DNA from: Candidatus Poribacteria bacterium
GTDB taxonomy: Bacteria; Poribacteria; WGA-4E; PCPOR2b
NCBI GenBank assembly: GCA_965208675.1
Contig: OZ242351.1
Span: 3,008,001-3,072,000 of the forward strand
Direction of reading: 5' to 3'
DNA length: 64,000 bases
Every line of letters starts with the position of its first letter. The first letter of the stretch is position 1. Under the pieces are notes generated by a model. That model did no database searches and was not told the origin of the DNA. It was given only the letters and a program-made list of their open reading frames with translations. Of the stretch, positions 36,533 to 49,184 are shown piece by piece. The translations under genes and the position numbers were made by a program.

Positions 36533-36639
36533 GTCTCATAATGGGACTGATAAGATTGGCAGAAATAGCGGATAAGCCTGTAATGACGCGGGATGGGGGC
36601 GTTTTCTCAATATGGGACTTCGTCCCATATTGGGACACA
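36533..36639 (-). mobile_element. Candidate transposon end or recombinase-binding site array
   Basis: Three 15-bp quasi-palindromes: gtctcataatgggac (36533), ttctcaatatgggac (36604), gtcccatattgggac (36622), ending in ACA (5'-TGT on the minus strand). Confidence 0.45.
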
Positions 36640-37083
36640 TGAGAAGGTTTTAGGGGAGGATTAGGTCGGTCAATGGATAACTTTTTTGTGGAAAAAACGT
36701 TTTTAAGAAAAAAATTTAATTTTTTTCTGTAATTACCGGGTGGTGTCGGGTGCGGTTAGGAAGGGGATCTCTATCGCGTTCGCTATCCACTCGCTTGATC
36801 GCACCTACGGTAAAGCGTAACGAGTAAAGCGTAATGCGTAAACGGTTAGGATTTGTGTATAGTGCGTTGCGGTTGGAAACAGAGCCTACCGGGATGGACC
36901 GCGCAGTTTATTCAACTTCAATCTCCGATACAGGGTTGATTGACCAATTTTCAACGCTTACACCTTAGTGGACAAGTATGACTGTCCAAACATTGGGGGT
37001 AGGTACATGGAAAAAGGGTTGCCCGGGATTAGCAGCGGTGTTGGTGTTTGGTAATCAATTGGGATGGGTGAGGTTTGAAAAGC

Positions 37084-37520
37084 GTTGGGTTTCGCTATAT
37101 CCATCGAGTTTTGTACGCTGTGAGTTTGATAGGGCGGTTCGTTTTCACGGGTGTTTTTGGCTGAATCCGCTCTACCCAACCTACAAGAGCTGTCTGAACT
37201 GCGACTCATATGACTGAATGATGGGCTATGATTAAGAGAGCACATAATCATCCAGTGTTGAAGCGTGGTTTTTGTAGGTTGGGGTAAGCGGAGTAAATGA
37301 AAGACGTGAAAAATGTTGAGTGGATATTGGTAAATGAAGTTGTTTAGAATTTGTTAAAAAGTAGCGAACCCAACGCTTTTGGATATTTCGAGGCGTTTGA
37401 TTTATTGGAAGCGGGAGCGGAGAAGACAATCGTCTTCGCTATACGCTCAGTTGATCCCAACCTACAAGAACTACAAAAACCTGACCCCCTCTAGCTCCCC
37501 CTTGCCAAGGGAGAGGATTT
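37084..37520. repeat. REP-like cluster (gtaggttggg/cccaacctac and cccccctagctccccc families)
   Basis: gttgggtttcgc...ccgctctacccaacctac; gtaggttggggtaagcgg...gcgaacccaac...cccaacctac. Confidence 0.75.
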
Positions 37521-37564
37521 TACTAGACAAGACTATCGCCCTCCCTGTTCAGTCGGTTGATTCC

Positions 37565-38674
37565 TCAGAATTTCAACCCCAAGCTAACGCGGTGCGCACG
37601 CTGCAGATGCCCAAAATCAGCAAACGCATAGTCGAGAGAAAGCATCGTCCCCGCAAAATCCATGTGCATACCCAAGCCAAGCGTAAACCCCTCTTCATCA
37701 TCACCCCGGTCAGCGCCCAACCGGAATTTATAACCGCCGCGGAGAGCAACCACCTTTTTATACCAATACTCCAATCCGAAATTTACCCGTTCGCTATTGT
37801 CGTTCGGATGGTTGCCGTCAAGCGCAATCGTGAGCAGGTTATCGCTAGAATCAATTAAATCGTAGGCGATGCCGAGACGGAAATTGGACGGCAACGGAAA
37901 TTCCACGGTTTCTAATTCAGCCGTTCGCGTCGGATTCGTCGTGTCCGGATACGGGCGGTAGTCCGCGTTTCTGGGATCGCCCGCCGCTTCGGCGCCGGTC
38001 TCAAGGTCGGGACCGCTGAAACGCATTTCAGGTCCAAAATTCGAGAAGGACATCCCGATGCGCAAACTTCTCCAGCCGGTGTGGTACAAGGTGCCAACAT
38101 CCACGGCAACCCCTCTGGCGCTCTCGCGATGAATCTGTTGATGGATGTATTTGGCATTGATTCCGAAGGAGAGGCTGACCCCGGATTCCTTTTCGTAAAA
38201 CTGCCTGGAATACGCCGCCGATACCGCCGCATCCCACGCCGAGAACCACAACCCCGTCCCATCCGGCTTTGAGAGCGTGGTAATTTCCATATCCGGGACG
38301 TTCAGAAATGTAACGCTTGCGCCCAAGGTGCCCACCTTGTCAATCGGCGTGGCGAACGCAAGATAGTTGTACCGCACGTCCGCCAACCATATTGTGTGCG
38401 TGTCTGAAAAGCTGGTGTGTTCGAGTTGGCTTAACCCGGCAGGATTCCAGTAAATGCTTGTGACATCGTTCGCAAGCCCGCCAAACGCGCCGCCCAAGCT
38501 ATCCACACGCGCGCCGGGGCCAATTTTCAGGAACTGTGCGCCCGCAGTACCGACATTTGTGGTCGCGTTACTCGGAGCCGCCTGTAAAAACACGGCGGCA
38601 ACCAAAAGAACAGAAATTATCGGGTTGAATCGCCGCTTGTCCATCGCTTTATTCATAAAAATAGTTTTGTGCAT
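37565..38674 (-). CDS. PorV/PorQ-like (UPF0164) outer-membrane protein
   Basis: GTAGAQFLKIGPGAR..SLGGAF..LANDVTSIYWNPAGL; C-terminal HRVSLGLKF. Confidence 0.85.
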   Translation of the reverse strand: MHKTIFMNKAMDKRRFNPIISVLLVAAVFLQAAPSNATTNVGTAGAQFLKIGPGARVDSLGGAFGGLANDVTSIYWNPAGLSQLEHTSFSDTHTIWLADVRYNYLAFATPIDKVGTLGASVTFLNVPDMEITTLSKPDGTGLWFSAWDAAVSAAYSRQFYEKESGVSLSFGINAKYIHQQIHRESARGVAVDVGTLYHTGWRSLRIGMSFSNFGPEMRFSGPDLETGAEAAGDPRNADYRPYPDTTNPTRTAELETVEFPLPSNFRLGIAYDLIDSSDNLLTIALDGNHPNDNSERVNFGLEYWYKKVVALRGGYKFRLGADRGDDEEGFTLGLGMHMDFAGTMLSLDYAFADFGHLQRAHRVSLGLKF

Positions 38675-38718
38675 GGTCTTCTCCTGCTGAAGAGCGCGCC
38701 TCAAAGGCGCATCCCCAT

Positions 38719-41700
38719 TTATCGAATAATCGCAAACCGGCTAATTCTATTACCGACGACAGCGTCGCTCTCATCGCGCGCTTCAACATGATAGATGTAG
38801 ACGCCGCTGGCAAGGGCTTGATTGTAACGGTTTAGCAGCTCAAACGTCTCCGTGCCGCCCTTATCCCCCTGCGCCAAACGATCATCCGGACTGAAGGCTG
38901 CGGTATGTTCGTGTTCAATCTCTCGCACTAACTCGCCCGCCATCGTATAAATCCGTATCGTACATCGCGGCGGGAGATGGGTGAAGAAGATTTTATCCGT
39001 CCCTTCGGCAGTCACCGCCCGGTTGGTGACGAAATAGGGGTTCGGCACAACGCGGATACGTCCTAGATCGGCTTCGATGTTTTCTGCGGTAAGCGTCTCT
39101 TCACCCGTCCTCAGAAGCACCACGTCACCGTCCTGCGGGGCGCTGACGCCGCCCATCTCAACCATAAATACATCGCCTGCGGAGATTTCACGGTTGGGAT
39201 CTTTGATGTACAAGTAACCGCCCCGAATGTAAATCCGAAAAAAATCTGGTGTAGCTTCCCGGATATAAGTATCACTCCAGGCTGCACCAGTAAAGATTGC
39301 ATACCCATCGGCGCGCTCGCCGTTGAACGCAATCTCCTCGCCCGTAATCTCATCCATCACTTTGACGTGCGCATCGTCGACAAACCTAATCGAGTAGGTA
39401 TGCGGACGGTAATATGTTGCCCACCAAACGTTGGGCCACGTGTTCTCTCCGACGCCGGGCGACTGAATGTCCACCGTCCAACCCGAAACAGAGCCTTCAC
39501 TCAACTCAACGTTGACAATCGAGTTTTCGGTCGGACTCCCGTACGTTACATCAACGCCCTTTATCTTTAGGATAACGCCGTCAAACATCGGGGAGAGCAC
39601 CTCCACAGCCTCGCCGTGAGGAGGGTCATACCACTCAAACGATTGCCGCTCCACCACCGTCTGATTTGTCGCCGCGTCAATAATCTCATAACTGGGCGGC
39701 TGGTATCCGGGACCTGTAATATAGGCGCCGGCATCGGTCTGTTTCGCGCCCTGCCAGACGATTCTATATTCATGTCCCGTCACCTTGTTCGGCGCAAGTA
39801 CCATCGGTTCAACCGTGACCGTCCCCGTGAGGCCGGAAGGTGTATCCACCACATCGGCGGTGGCACCTCGATACCCAGCCGGTTGCGCACGCGGCACCAC
39901 ATGAACCATGGTCTCAATCTGGCTGCTTTCCATCGCGATAAGCCCGGTTATAGGGTTGCCCGTATCATACGAGGTAACCGCATAGGTGTACTCAAGGCCA
40001 TTGGTCAACCCTTCGTCGGAGTAGAAATTCTTGATGCCCGCATCCTCGCCGAGCGCCATCGACGGCGTAGAAACAACCCGGAAGATATCGCCCGCCACTG
40101 GAGGGCCTGAAGGCCCGTCTGAAATTGCGACATACAAACCACCAAAGTAAATTTGCGCACCGGAACGGTAGGTTCCATCAGGATACGGTTCTCCCGTAGC
40201 CGAGTCTTTCACCACAACATACCCCTCACCGTTCGCAGGGAACTCCGGATTATGCGCCATTACCTCCCAGAGCGTCGTATTAATTACCTCAAAGGACGTA
40301 CTAGAGTTAAATTTGATGGCGTAAACCGCACTCTTGAAAAAGTCGGAAAAAAACGGCTCATCGCCCTCGTTTGTAATCGTAGCGTCCGACTGCTTGCCGA
40401 CATGCGCCACCGTGAAGAAGTTGCCGGTTGCGCTCGGTTTATCAAATTCCATTAGCATCGTCCAATCTTCCACAGGGTTGCCGGACGATGAATCGTAGGA
40501 CGTATCTCTCCGGTAAACCCGATAACCTTCAAATATCTTCTCCGAATCGGTCACATCAACATACTCTTCGATACTTTTATTCACACCTTGGTCCACCCAG
40601 CGACCATCGCTTTCCCAAATGAGTGTCACCTGTCCGTCAGCAGGAAGGGCAGTGACCAACGGGGACGGCGGCGGCGCCGGAGCAACATAGGCATCATCGT
40701 ACAACTTCTGCGCCCAGTCCGACGATGCCTGCAGCCCTTCAAGCCCCTCGCCGATCGCCACTGCCGCGATGACCGTGAATTCCTGTCCGGGAGCGAACGC
40801 TGCGATGGGGCCGTACGACTGGATAAAGCGCTGATCGTCGTAATTCGCGGGAAGCGGTTCAACGCCGGGGATGCTGATTAAAGCGTACTTTTCCGCGTCA
40901 GTCGTTGGATCGGTGGAAATCGTAATCCGTTTATGCGCTGTAAATGGAATCTTCGCCCCGGCATCCTGCGCGTTGTCCCCAATATACGAATCTAACACCC
41001 GCAAACCGATATACCCTACCGCAGACGCATTGGAGAAGCCGTAAGAGAGATAACGGTTCGGATGGGCTTCAGGGTTGAGCGCATCCGGCGTCTCATCCAG
41101 CGCAACGAAGTCATCAGCCGAGTAGCTCGCCGTGCCCGTTTCGTTGCTAGAGATATCAACGTCGTACCGGAACGCCATGAATAGGTCTTCGAGCGTCTCG
41201 TTCCCAACATTTTTGACATTATATTCCAGAATAAAAAAGTCGTAGAGCGGCGCATAACTCCACTGAAAGCCGTTGACATCAAGCTCCAACCCGAGAATTA
41301 ATCCCTTATTCGCCTCAGCGTTCATGTCCGTGCATCTGAACCGAATCGCTTGGCTCGTCGGCGTCCCTTGCGTTGTTACACCGGGCTTATCAGAAATCAC
41401 CTCGGGCACATCGTCAGTCGGCCAAATCTCACTCTGCCTGCCATCCGACTCAGAAACCCCAACTTCCCCGCCAATCTTGGCGCCAATCCAGATATTGCCC
41501 TCATAAAGGTAGGAATCGTTCGTCCCCGCGGGCCACCAACCTGATGGGTTAGCGGTCGGGTTGCTGGGGTAGCCGACGACTGCGGTGTTGTAAACAGCAG
41601 ACGATAGATTGCCTACGTCAAGCGCTTTCCAATCCACGCCTGCCTTCACCGGCAGAATTGCTATGGCGAATAGCGCAGATGTCAGTAATGCAGTAGGCAT

Positions 41701-41736
41701 AAATCCACGTGTCTGCCCTGTTCCGTGGGTTTTCAT
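38719..41736 (-). CDS. Large secreted protein with Fn3-like segments and a CTD-like C-terminus
   Basis: Signal peptide; PAPPPSP..VTL.W; FEGYRVYR; YTYAVTSYD; IRVVPNPY..FTHLP..CTIRIYTMAGELVREIEH..ASGVYIYHV..FAIIR. Confidence 0.8.
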   Translation of the reverse strand: MKTHGTGQTRGFMPTALLTSALFAIAILPVKAGVDWKALDVGNLSSAVYNTAVVGYPSNPTANPSGWWPAGTNDSYLYEGNIWIGAKIGGEVGVSESDGRQSEIWPTDDVPEVISDKPGVTTQGTPTSQAIRFRCTDMNAEANKGLILGLELDVNGFQWSYAPLYDFFILEYNVKNVGNETLEDLFMAFRYDVDISSNETGTASYSADDFVALDETPDALNPEAHPNRYLSYGFSNASAVGYIGLRVLDSYIGDNAQDAGAKIPFTAHKRITISTDPTTDAEKYALISIPGVEPLPANYDDQRFIQSYGPIAAFAPGQEFTVIAAVAIGEGLEGLQASSDWAQKLYDDAYVAPAPPPSPLVTALPADGQVTLIWESDGRWVDQGVNKSIEEYVDVTDSEKIFEGYRVYRRDTSYDSSSGNPVEDWTMLMEFDKPSATGNFFTVAHVGKQSDATITNEGDEPFFSDFFKSAVYAIKFNSSTSFEVINTTLWEVMAHNPEFPANGEGYVVVKDSATGEPYPDGTYRSGAQIYFGGLYVAISDGPSGPPVAGDIFRVVSTPSMALGEDAGIKNFYSDEGLTNGLEYTYAVTSYDTGNPITGLIAMESSQIETMVHVVPRAQPAGYRGATADVVDTPSGLTGTVTVEPMVLAPNKVTGHEYRIVWQGAKQTDAGAYITGPGYQPPSYEIIDAATNQTVVERQSFEWYDPPHGEAVEVLSPMFDGVILKIKGVDVTYGSPTENSIVNVELSEGSVSGWTVDIQSPGVGENTWPNVWWATYYRPHTYSIRFVDDAHVKVMDEITGEEIAFNGERADGYAIFTGAAWSDTYIREATPDFFRIYIRGGYLYIKDPNREISAGDVFMVEMGGVSAPQDGDVVLLRTGEETLTAENIEADLGRIRVVPNPYFVTNRAVTAEGTDKIFFTHLPPRCTIRIYTMAGELVREIEHEHTAAFSPDDRLAQGDKGGTETFELLNRYNQALASGVYIYHVEARDESDAVVGNRISRFAIIR

Positions 41737-41995
41737 TTTTCCCTCCTGAAAACGAGGTTAAATACACTCAAAACCTCTTACTCATATAGCCGAATCAAAC
41801 AACTCGCCGAAATTTCAAGGCTCTAATACAACTCATGGATCATTTTCAGTGACAGTAATTGTTTTCAATTCAATATTGCTAACACGAAAGTGCGGGAACT
41901 CACGATGAACTCAATGTGTTGGCGTCCCTGAGAGACTCTGTCCTTGCCCGACCAAAATCGGCGCCTGATTTCCTTATCACGGTATGTCATGGCTA

Positions 41996-43036
41996 TCAAT
42001 TATTCCACATCTCCGCACGCCGCATGAATATCAAGGGATCTGCCACCCATTCTGCATAGCCAATATTCCGGTCATCTGTCAAATAGTTGAGTTTCTCGTC
42101 AATGCAAGTAGCCAGTGCTGCATCTTCCATCGCCAGCGTAAATCCGCCGAGTTCTACTTCCTCGTCAAGGACGGTGACAGTGAATGTATTGTTGAAGGCT
42201 TGCACAGCATCACGGTTTCCAATCTCACCCCTGGCTATCGCATCAATTGTCCCCGCGGCCAGGGCATCAAGGAGTTCCGATTCACCACCCTCATCGCCGA
42301 GATAAACAACTTGCGGCATTTTTTCCGAGGGCGGATAGAGATAGCTGCGTCCTGCCAAATTCGAAGTGGCGTTGGCGGCGGTAATCATGTACATCTCGGT
42401 GCCATCCGCGACGACAGTGCCTTGCGGTGTCGTAACACGCGTACCCTCGGCGAGAACACCGTCGGCATCAACAAGTCCCGTCAATACCAGCAAACGTGCT
42501 TCTCCGGTCGTTGCGGAAAGCACGCCAACGCGTACATCGCTGGTCAGATCGGCATAGTCGGCGAGGCGTTCTGTGTCTTCGGTGCGCACCAAAAGCGACT
42601 GGCGAAACTTGATATGCCCTGACGTAAAATTAACGACTTTGTTGCCGTGCTCATCTCGGGTGCGAGAGTCGAGAATCGTGATGCCGCCGCCGACAATATC
42701 GTATTCTGAATCGGCGGACTTCAGCCAGATGTCCGGCCAAACCGCAATAGGGTGGCGGACAAACGACAATCCCGCGCCTTCCATAGCTTCAAGTGCCGTC
42801 AATAGGTCTGCTTCATAGCCAAGATGTGTACTAAAGCCCTCGGCAGTAGGCTCTTCGTCGGCACTGTAACTCACTGGTGAAAAATAGGCGTAGAATCCAA
42901 CATTGAGGACTTGACCGCCATCTGTGCAGGCTTGTGATGGCAGAGAGGGATGGAGAATAGGCTGAAGTTGATCGCAGGCGGAAAGCCCCGCAATCGCAAA
43001 CACGCAGGTGAGTATGATGATTTTCTTGGTGTTCAT
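41996..43036 (-). CDS. Family-3 solute-binding lipoprotein
   Basis: LSAC lipobox; LNVGFYAYFSPVSY; GYEADLL; GGGITILDSR. Confidence 0.8.
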   Translation of the reverse strand: MNTKKIIILTCVFAIAGLSACDQLQPILHPSLPSQACTDGGQVLNVGFYAYFSPVSYSADEEPTAEGFSTHLGYEADLLTALEAMEGAGLSFVRHPIAVWPDIWLKSADSEYDIVGGGITILDSRTRDEHGNKVVNFTSGHIKFRQSLLVRTEDTERLADYADLTSDVRVGVLSATTGEARLLVLTGLVDADGVLAEGTRVTTPQGTVVADGTEMYMITAANATSNLAGRSYLYPPSEKMPQVVYLGDEGGESELLDALAAGTIDAIARGEIGNRDAVQAFNNTFTVTVLDEEVELGGFTLAMEDAALATCIDEKLNYLTDDRNIGYAEWVADPLIFMRRAEMWNN

Positions 43037-43262
43037 CTCGGCAACACCCTTACCGATAAAACGCTCGTTTTCCGCCGCCCATACAATAATCCTAATGTGG
43101 TTCGCCCTTCGGGTCGCTTTTCAGATTCCCCAACTGTTGTTTTGGCTTCCTTATTCTTGGGAATAGCGGTAACGGTATAATTGATATTCGGAATAAAATA
43201 CCGGCACGATTATAGCACAGGTTACGAATTTCTTTCAAATAAATAAAAACCGCTCATTTTAC

Positions 43263-45188
43263 TCATGGGTAGAGGCTATAAACCTTTATACCGAGTGCGA
43301 CGCCGATGAGGCTCCATAGCCCCCAAGCGAGGAATTGGCCTAATATAAATCCCAGAAACAGCGGCAACGCACGGCGATAGGCGCCAATCCCGCCGCCCTT
43401 AAAGACAAGCCGCTTGAGCAACCATCCCCAGAAGATAGAGAACCACATGCCGCTAATGCACCATCCGTACGAAACGGCGAAGCCCACAGGGTAAAACGAC
43501 CACCACAAAAACCGGCGCTTTAAGTACGCAAGCAAGACCGTAAAGGCGAATCCAAACCCAAAGCCGCGAATCTGGCGCGTGCTCGGGTCGCGGGGATTGG
43601 TAATCCAACTCGAAAGGAATTGGAACGGCGCCACGGCATCCCAGCCCTGCCTGTAGTGATGCTGATAGTAAAGCACGATATGTGCGCCAATGGCAATCAA
43701 CGATCCGACAATGCCGGCAAAAATCATCGCCGCCACAAGCCGATTGTCCCGTATCCGCAGCGCTGAACCAATCTTAAACCCTTCGAGCTGGTGGGGCATC
43801 GGATGAGAACGGTAACCATAGGAGAGCCATTGAAGCAGCGTCGTCAGCGAAAGGTTTTTTGCGCCGACAAGGCGAGTCCCCGTAAACATGATGATAAGCC
43901 GGTCCGGCAGCGCGTCATGAAGTTCATGCGTGGGCGGCCCCAACTCCGCACGCATACGCGCCATAGCAATACACATGAGAAAATGAATGATAAAGTAGAG
44001 CGCCGCCACCCAGTACGGAAGGCCCGCAGCGTGCCAAAACGCAAGCATGAGAAGAAACCCGCCAATCCCCCCATAGATTGCGAAACGGTACAACGGCTCC
44101 TGCTTTGACGCCTCCCCGCTTCTGCTGAATAGCCCGACAACCATCAACCAAATATGCCGCCGAGCCGTCCAGAGTGCAATAAACCCAATGGCAAGCCATG
44201 CGCCGGCGCGCTGTTCGCCATGCCAACGGTCCAGAGGGCGCCAGCCCATTGCAGAAAAGACGACATGCTCCGCTTTCCAGAATAAAAAGAAAAACCAAAG
44301 CGAGAAGGAAAGCCCAAGCGGCATCAAGTAACCCACACCCACCGCGAAAAGGTAAATTTTCATCGGGAACCATGAGATAGCGCTCCACGGTTTCTCGGTC
44401 ATAAACTGCGCAATCTCAATGTCCTTCAGCGGGAGCGCGGGAATCCATGGATAGAGATAGTTCAACCCGGCAAACACCTCTATTGCCAGCGCAACGGCAA
44501 AACCTATCCAAGTCAGCCTGCTTGAGAAAACGCCCGCCGTGTTGCCAATTATCTCGATGGGAAGTTGCGCAATCGGGTAGTTCAACCGCTCATGTTCTAT
44601 CCACTGTCTCCGAAGTACGATGTTGATACACAGCGTGACAAACAGGAAAATGGCAGTGAAAACCGACCACGCTACGAAAGGTTTAAGCCACGACAGCACA
44701 ATTAACCGCTGCCAAAAAGGCTCAGTGCCGGGTTCATAATACCCCTGTAGCACGGTGAGGTCAGAGATAGTAAGCCAGTTCGGAAGGTAGGCGTGGAAAA
44801 GATTAGCCCAGTCGTTCTCGGGGGTCGCAAGCCAAAAACCGTTGATGGTCGTCGGAACAAGTTGGCGGGCAATGTCACGTCCCGAAAGCGCGGTGGCTAT
44901 CGAAATCATGACGTAGAGCGTGGCAAGTTCGGATGCTGTCAGTGCAAAACGCGGGGCAAAGCGCTTTATGCCGTGATTGATCATCGCCAGCATAAACACG
45001 GTGAAAAGCACCGTTGGAAAGAATGAGAAGACCGTCACTTCCCCAACGGCACGGTGCTCTGCCGCGACAATCCAGAAAACATTGAAAAAAATCAGAGGAG
45101 CCCCAAAACCGAGCACCCTGACAATAAAGCGGATTGTGCTAGTGGTGTCCGCGGCACCCGGGCTCTTCGCTTGAGACGCTGAATACAT
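43263..45188 (-). CDS. DUF6785/DUF6784-type (OPT-like) membrane protein
   Basis: FWLATPENDW..LF; LRRQWIEHERLNYPIAQLP; HPMPHQLEGFK; FLWWSFYPVG; PLFLGFILG. Confidence 0.75.
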   Translation of the reverse strand: MYSASQAKSPGAADTTSTIRFIVRVLGFGAPLIFFNVFWIVAAEHRAVGEVTVFSFFPTVLFTVFMLAMINHGIKRFAPRFALTASELATLYVMISIATALSGRDIARQLVPTTINGFWLATPENDWANLFHAYLPNWLTISDLTVLQGYYEPGTEPFWQRLIVLSWLKPFVAWSVFTAIFLFVTLCINIVLRRQWIEHERLNYPIAQLPIEIIGNTAGVFSSRLTWIGFAVALAIEVFAGLNYLYPWIPALPLKDIEIAQFMTEKPWSAISWFPMKIYLFAVGVGYLMPLGLSFSLWFFFLFWKAEHVVFSAMGWRPLDRWHGEQRAGAWLAIGFIALWTARRHIWLMVVGLFSRSGEASKQEPLYRFAIYGGIGGFLLMLAFWHAAGLPYWVAALYFIIHFLMCIAMARMRAELGPPTHELHDALPDRLIIMFTGTRLVGAKNLSLTTLLQWLSYGYRSHPMPHQLEGFKIGSALRIRDNRLVAAMIFAGIVGSLIAIGAHIVLYYQHHYRQGWDAVAPFQFLSSWITNPRDPSTRQIRGFGFGFAFTVLLAYLKRRFLWWSFYPVGFAVSYGWCISGMWFSIFWGWLLKRLVFKGGGIGAYRRALPLFLGFILGQFLAWGLWSLIGVALGIKVYSLYP

Positions 45189-45351
45189 CCTAAACCATTT
45201 CGTCAGAAGATAAAATCGTTAGATTTATGGGCATGAAATACGTACAAACAAATACCCCCCTGACAAGGGGGGCTAGGGGGGTTACTCCCCTTTTTGATTG
45301 GAATTAAATATGTGTAATTATTAGCTTCAGTGACTATAATTCCGATCTGCC

Positions 45352-45558
45352 CTAACCGCCTTGAACGGCATGGACAATCTCAACCTCGCTGCCCGCACGG
45401 ACTACCGTCTCCTGCCACTGTTTTTTGGAAATTAACTCCTGATTCATGGCAACGGCAATCCCGGGTTGGACCGGATCAATTTGCAGGTCTATAAGGAGTT
45501 GATAGAGCGATAACCCTTGCTCAACCGTCTTGACTTCGCCGTTCACACGTATATCCAT
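45352..45558 (-). CDS. thiS: Sulfur carrier protein ThiS
   Basis: 68 aa, IRVNGE...AVAMN...VEIVHAVQGG. Confidence 0.95.
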   Translation of the reverse strand: MDIRVNGEVKTVEQGLSLYQLLIDLQIDPVQPGIAVAMNQELISKKQWQETVVRAGSEVEIVHAVQGG

Positions 45559-45606
45559 TGGCTCTTTCCATTGGACATAATAATCGCCAGCACAAAAATC
45601 CCTGCG

Positions 45607-46761
45607 CTAATGTGCAAACCGTGACAACTGAAACGGTGAGATGATTTCCGAGGTTTTGCCCGTCAAAACGAGCGAAGCAATCTCGCGGGCGGTCACTGGC
45701 GCTAGAAGGATGCCGTGACGATAGTGTCCAGTTGCCATGACCAAGTTCTCAACAGCCGATGGACCAAGGATGGGTGAGTTGTCACGGCTTCCCGGTCGCA
45801 ATCCGGTCCAGGTCTCTACAATTGGGAGGTCGTAAACGCCGGGAACCGCTTCCCATGCGCCCCGAAGCAGCTCGAATATACCGCCGGCGGTCAGTCGGGT
45901 ATCGAACCCCATCTCTTCGCTCGTCGCTCCGATAACCAGCCGCCCATCATTCTTGGGTACGAGATAGACATCTGTCGGATACTTCGCGCGGGTTGTGCGA
46001 ATCACCTTCTGGAGTTTCAACCCCGACTCCATCTGCAGCGCCAAAATTTGGCCCTTGACCGGGCGCAACGGCGGTTTCGCATTTCGTGGCAACCCCTCAA
46101 TCTCGTTAGACCAGCATCCGGCGGCAAGTACAATGACATCACAATCTTCCAGAACCCCATCGACCCACACCCCGTACGCTTTTTCACCTCGAATTTCAAT
46201 TTTATCGACGGGCGCGTTTTCGTACAGGCATCCCCCGGCTTTCCCATGCGCGGCAATCAGGGCGTGGACCATCAAACGGTTATCAACCTGATGGTCGTTC
46301 GGGCTGGAAATCGCCGCCGTGATCTTCGGGGAAAGCAACGGCTCTATTTCTCTCGCCTCGGCGCCGGTGAGCCATTCGCACGGCAGGTTCAAGAATTGTT
46401 GCGATTCGTACAGATGTTCCAGTTCACGGGCATCATCCGGATCTACGCCGACAATTAACGTCCCCTCCGTCCGGTAGCCGAGGGGCAACCCACTGTCCGC
46501 CTCCAGCGCCGCTGTCCACTCCGGATACATCTCAAGGCTGAGACTGCCCAATCGTAAGAGCGCCTTCTCCTCAAGGTGAACTTCGGCGAGCGGAGCTAAC
46601 ATTCCCGCAGCCGCCCACGATGCCGAACGCCCCGCGCGGTCCCGCTCGTAGATTGATACTGCGCAGCCCGCCTTTGCTAACCGCCAGCCGATGCTCAACC
46701 CAATCACCCCGCCGCCGATGATAATCACTCGTCGATTTGGATGTGGGTTGTGGCTACCCAT
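45607..46761 (-). CDS. thiO: Glycine oxidase ThiO
   Basis: GGGVIG; ASWAAAGML; PVKGQ; GLRP; GHYRHGILLAP. Confidence 0.95.
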   Translation of the reverse strand: MGSHNPHPNRRVIIIGGGVIGLSIGWRLAKAGCAVSIYERDRAGRSASWAAAGMLAPLAEVHLEEKALLRLGSLSLEMYPEWTAALEADSGLPLGYRTEGTLIVGVDPDDARELEHLYESQQFLNLPCEWLTGAEAREIEPLLSPKITAAISSPNDHQVDNRLMVHALIAAHGKAGGCLYENAPVDKIEIRGEKAYGVWVDGVLEDCDVIVLAAGCWSNEIEGLPRNAKPPLRPVKGQILALQMESGLKLQKVIRTTRAKYPTDVYLVPKNDGRLVIGATSEEMGFDTRLTAGGIFELLRGAWEAVPGVYDLPIVETWTGLRPGSRDNSPILGPSAVENLVMATGHYRHGILLAPVTAREIASLVLTGKTSEIISPFQLSRFAH

Positions 46762-46917
46762 CATTCTCCTCTGCAAACGAAACATGCATTAATATGCGCA
46801 AAACTAACTCCTAAGACGGAATCTTCAATCTTCAAATCGAAGATGGGGTTTATTCTGGTTCATAGAAACGCCAATTGCGCCCATTGGCGTTGCACGCATT
46901 CCACTCGGTTCGAAAAA

Positions 46918-48846
<1,929 letters not shown>

Positions 48847-48984
48847 CTAATCCTCCTGATAGATTTTACTTTCGGCTATAGTAGTAGGCATACTCCGTAT
48901 GCCGTGACCCTCGTCTCGACGCCGCCATCACCATTCAATGCAATATGTGCTAGGTACCACGGTACAACAAGCAAACAAAAAGCA

Positions 48985-49018
48985 AAAAAAAACCGCTTTC
49001 CAGCATAAGGAAAACGGT
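48985..49018 (-). terminator. Intrinsic terminator of the riboswitch expression platform
   Basis: Minus strand: accgttttcc-ttatgct-ggaaagcgg followed by a T-run. Confidence 0.8.
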
Positions 49019-49095
49019 GTCCTAATCGAAAATGCCGCCGCCGCATAACAACGGCGATTTTCCGACCTGAATCGATAATTGTGGGTTAACTCGTG

Positions 49096-49184
49096 TTTTC
49101 CTACGCTGGGATTACCCAGGTCAGGTTCAAAGGGTTTGTTCTCAGCCCTCGCCGACCCTTTAAAATAGAGAGAGCACCCCTAAC
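49096..49184 (-). promoter_or_regulatory. TPP riboswitch aptamer
   Basis: Minus strand: aggggtgc...gctgagaacaaaccctttgaacctgacctgggtaatcccagcgtaggaa, upstream of thiC. Confidence 0.95.
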
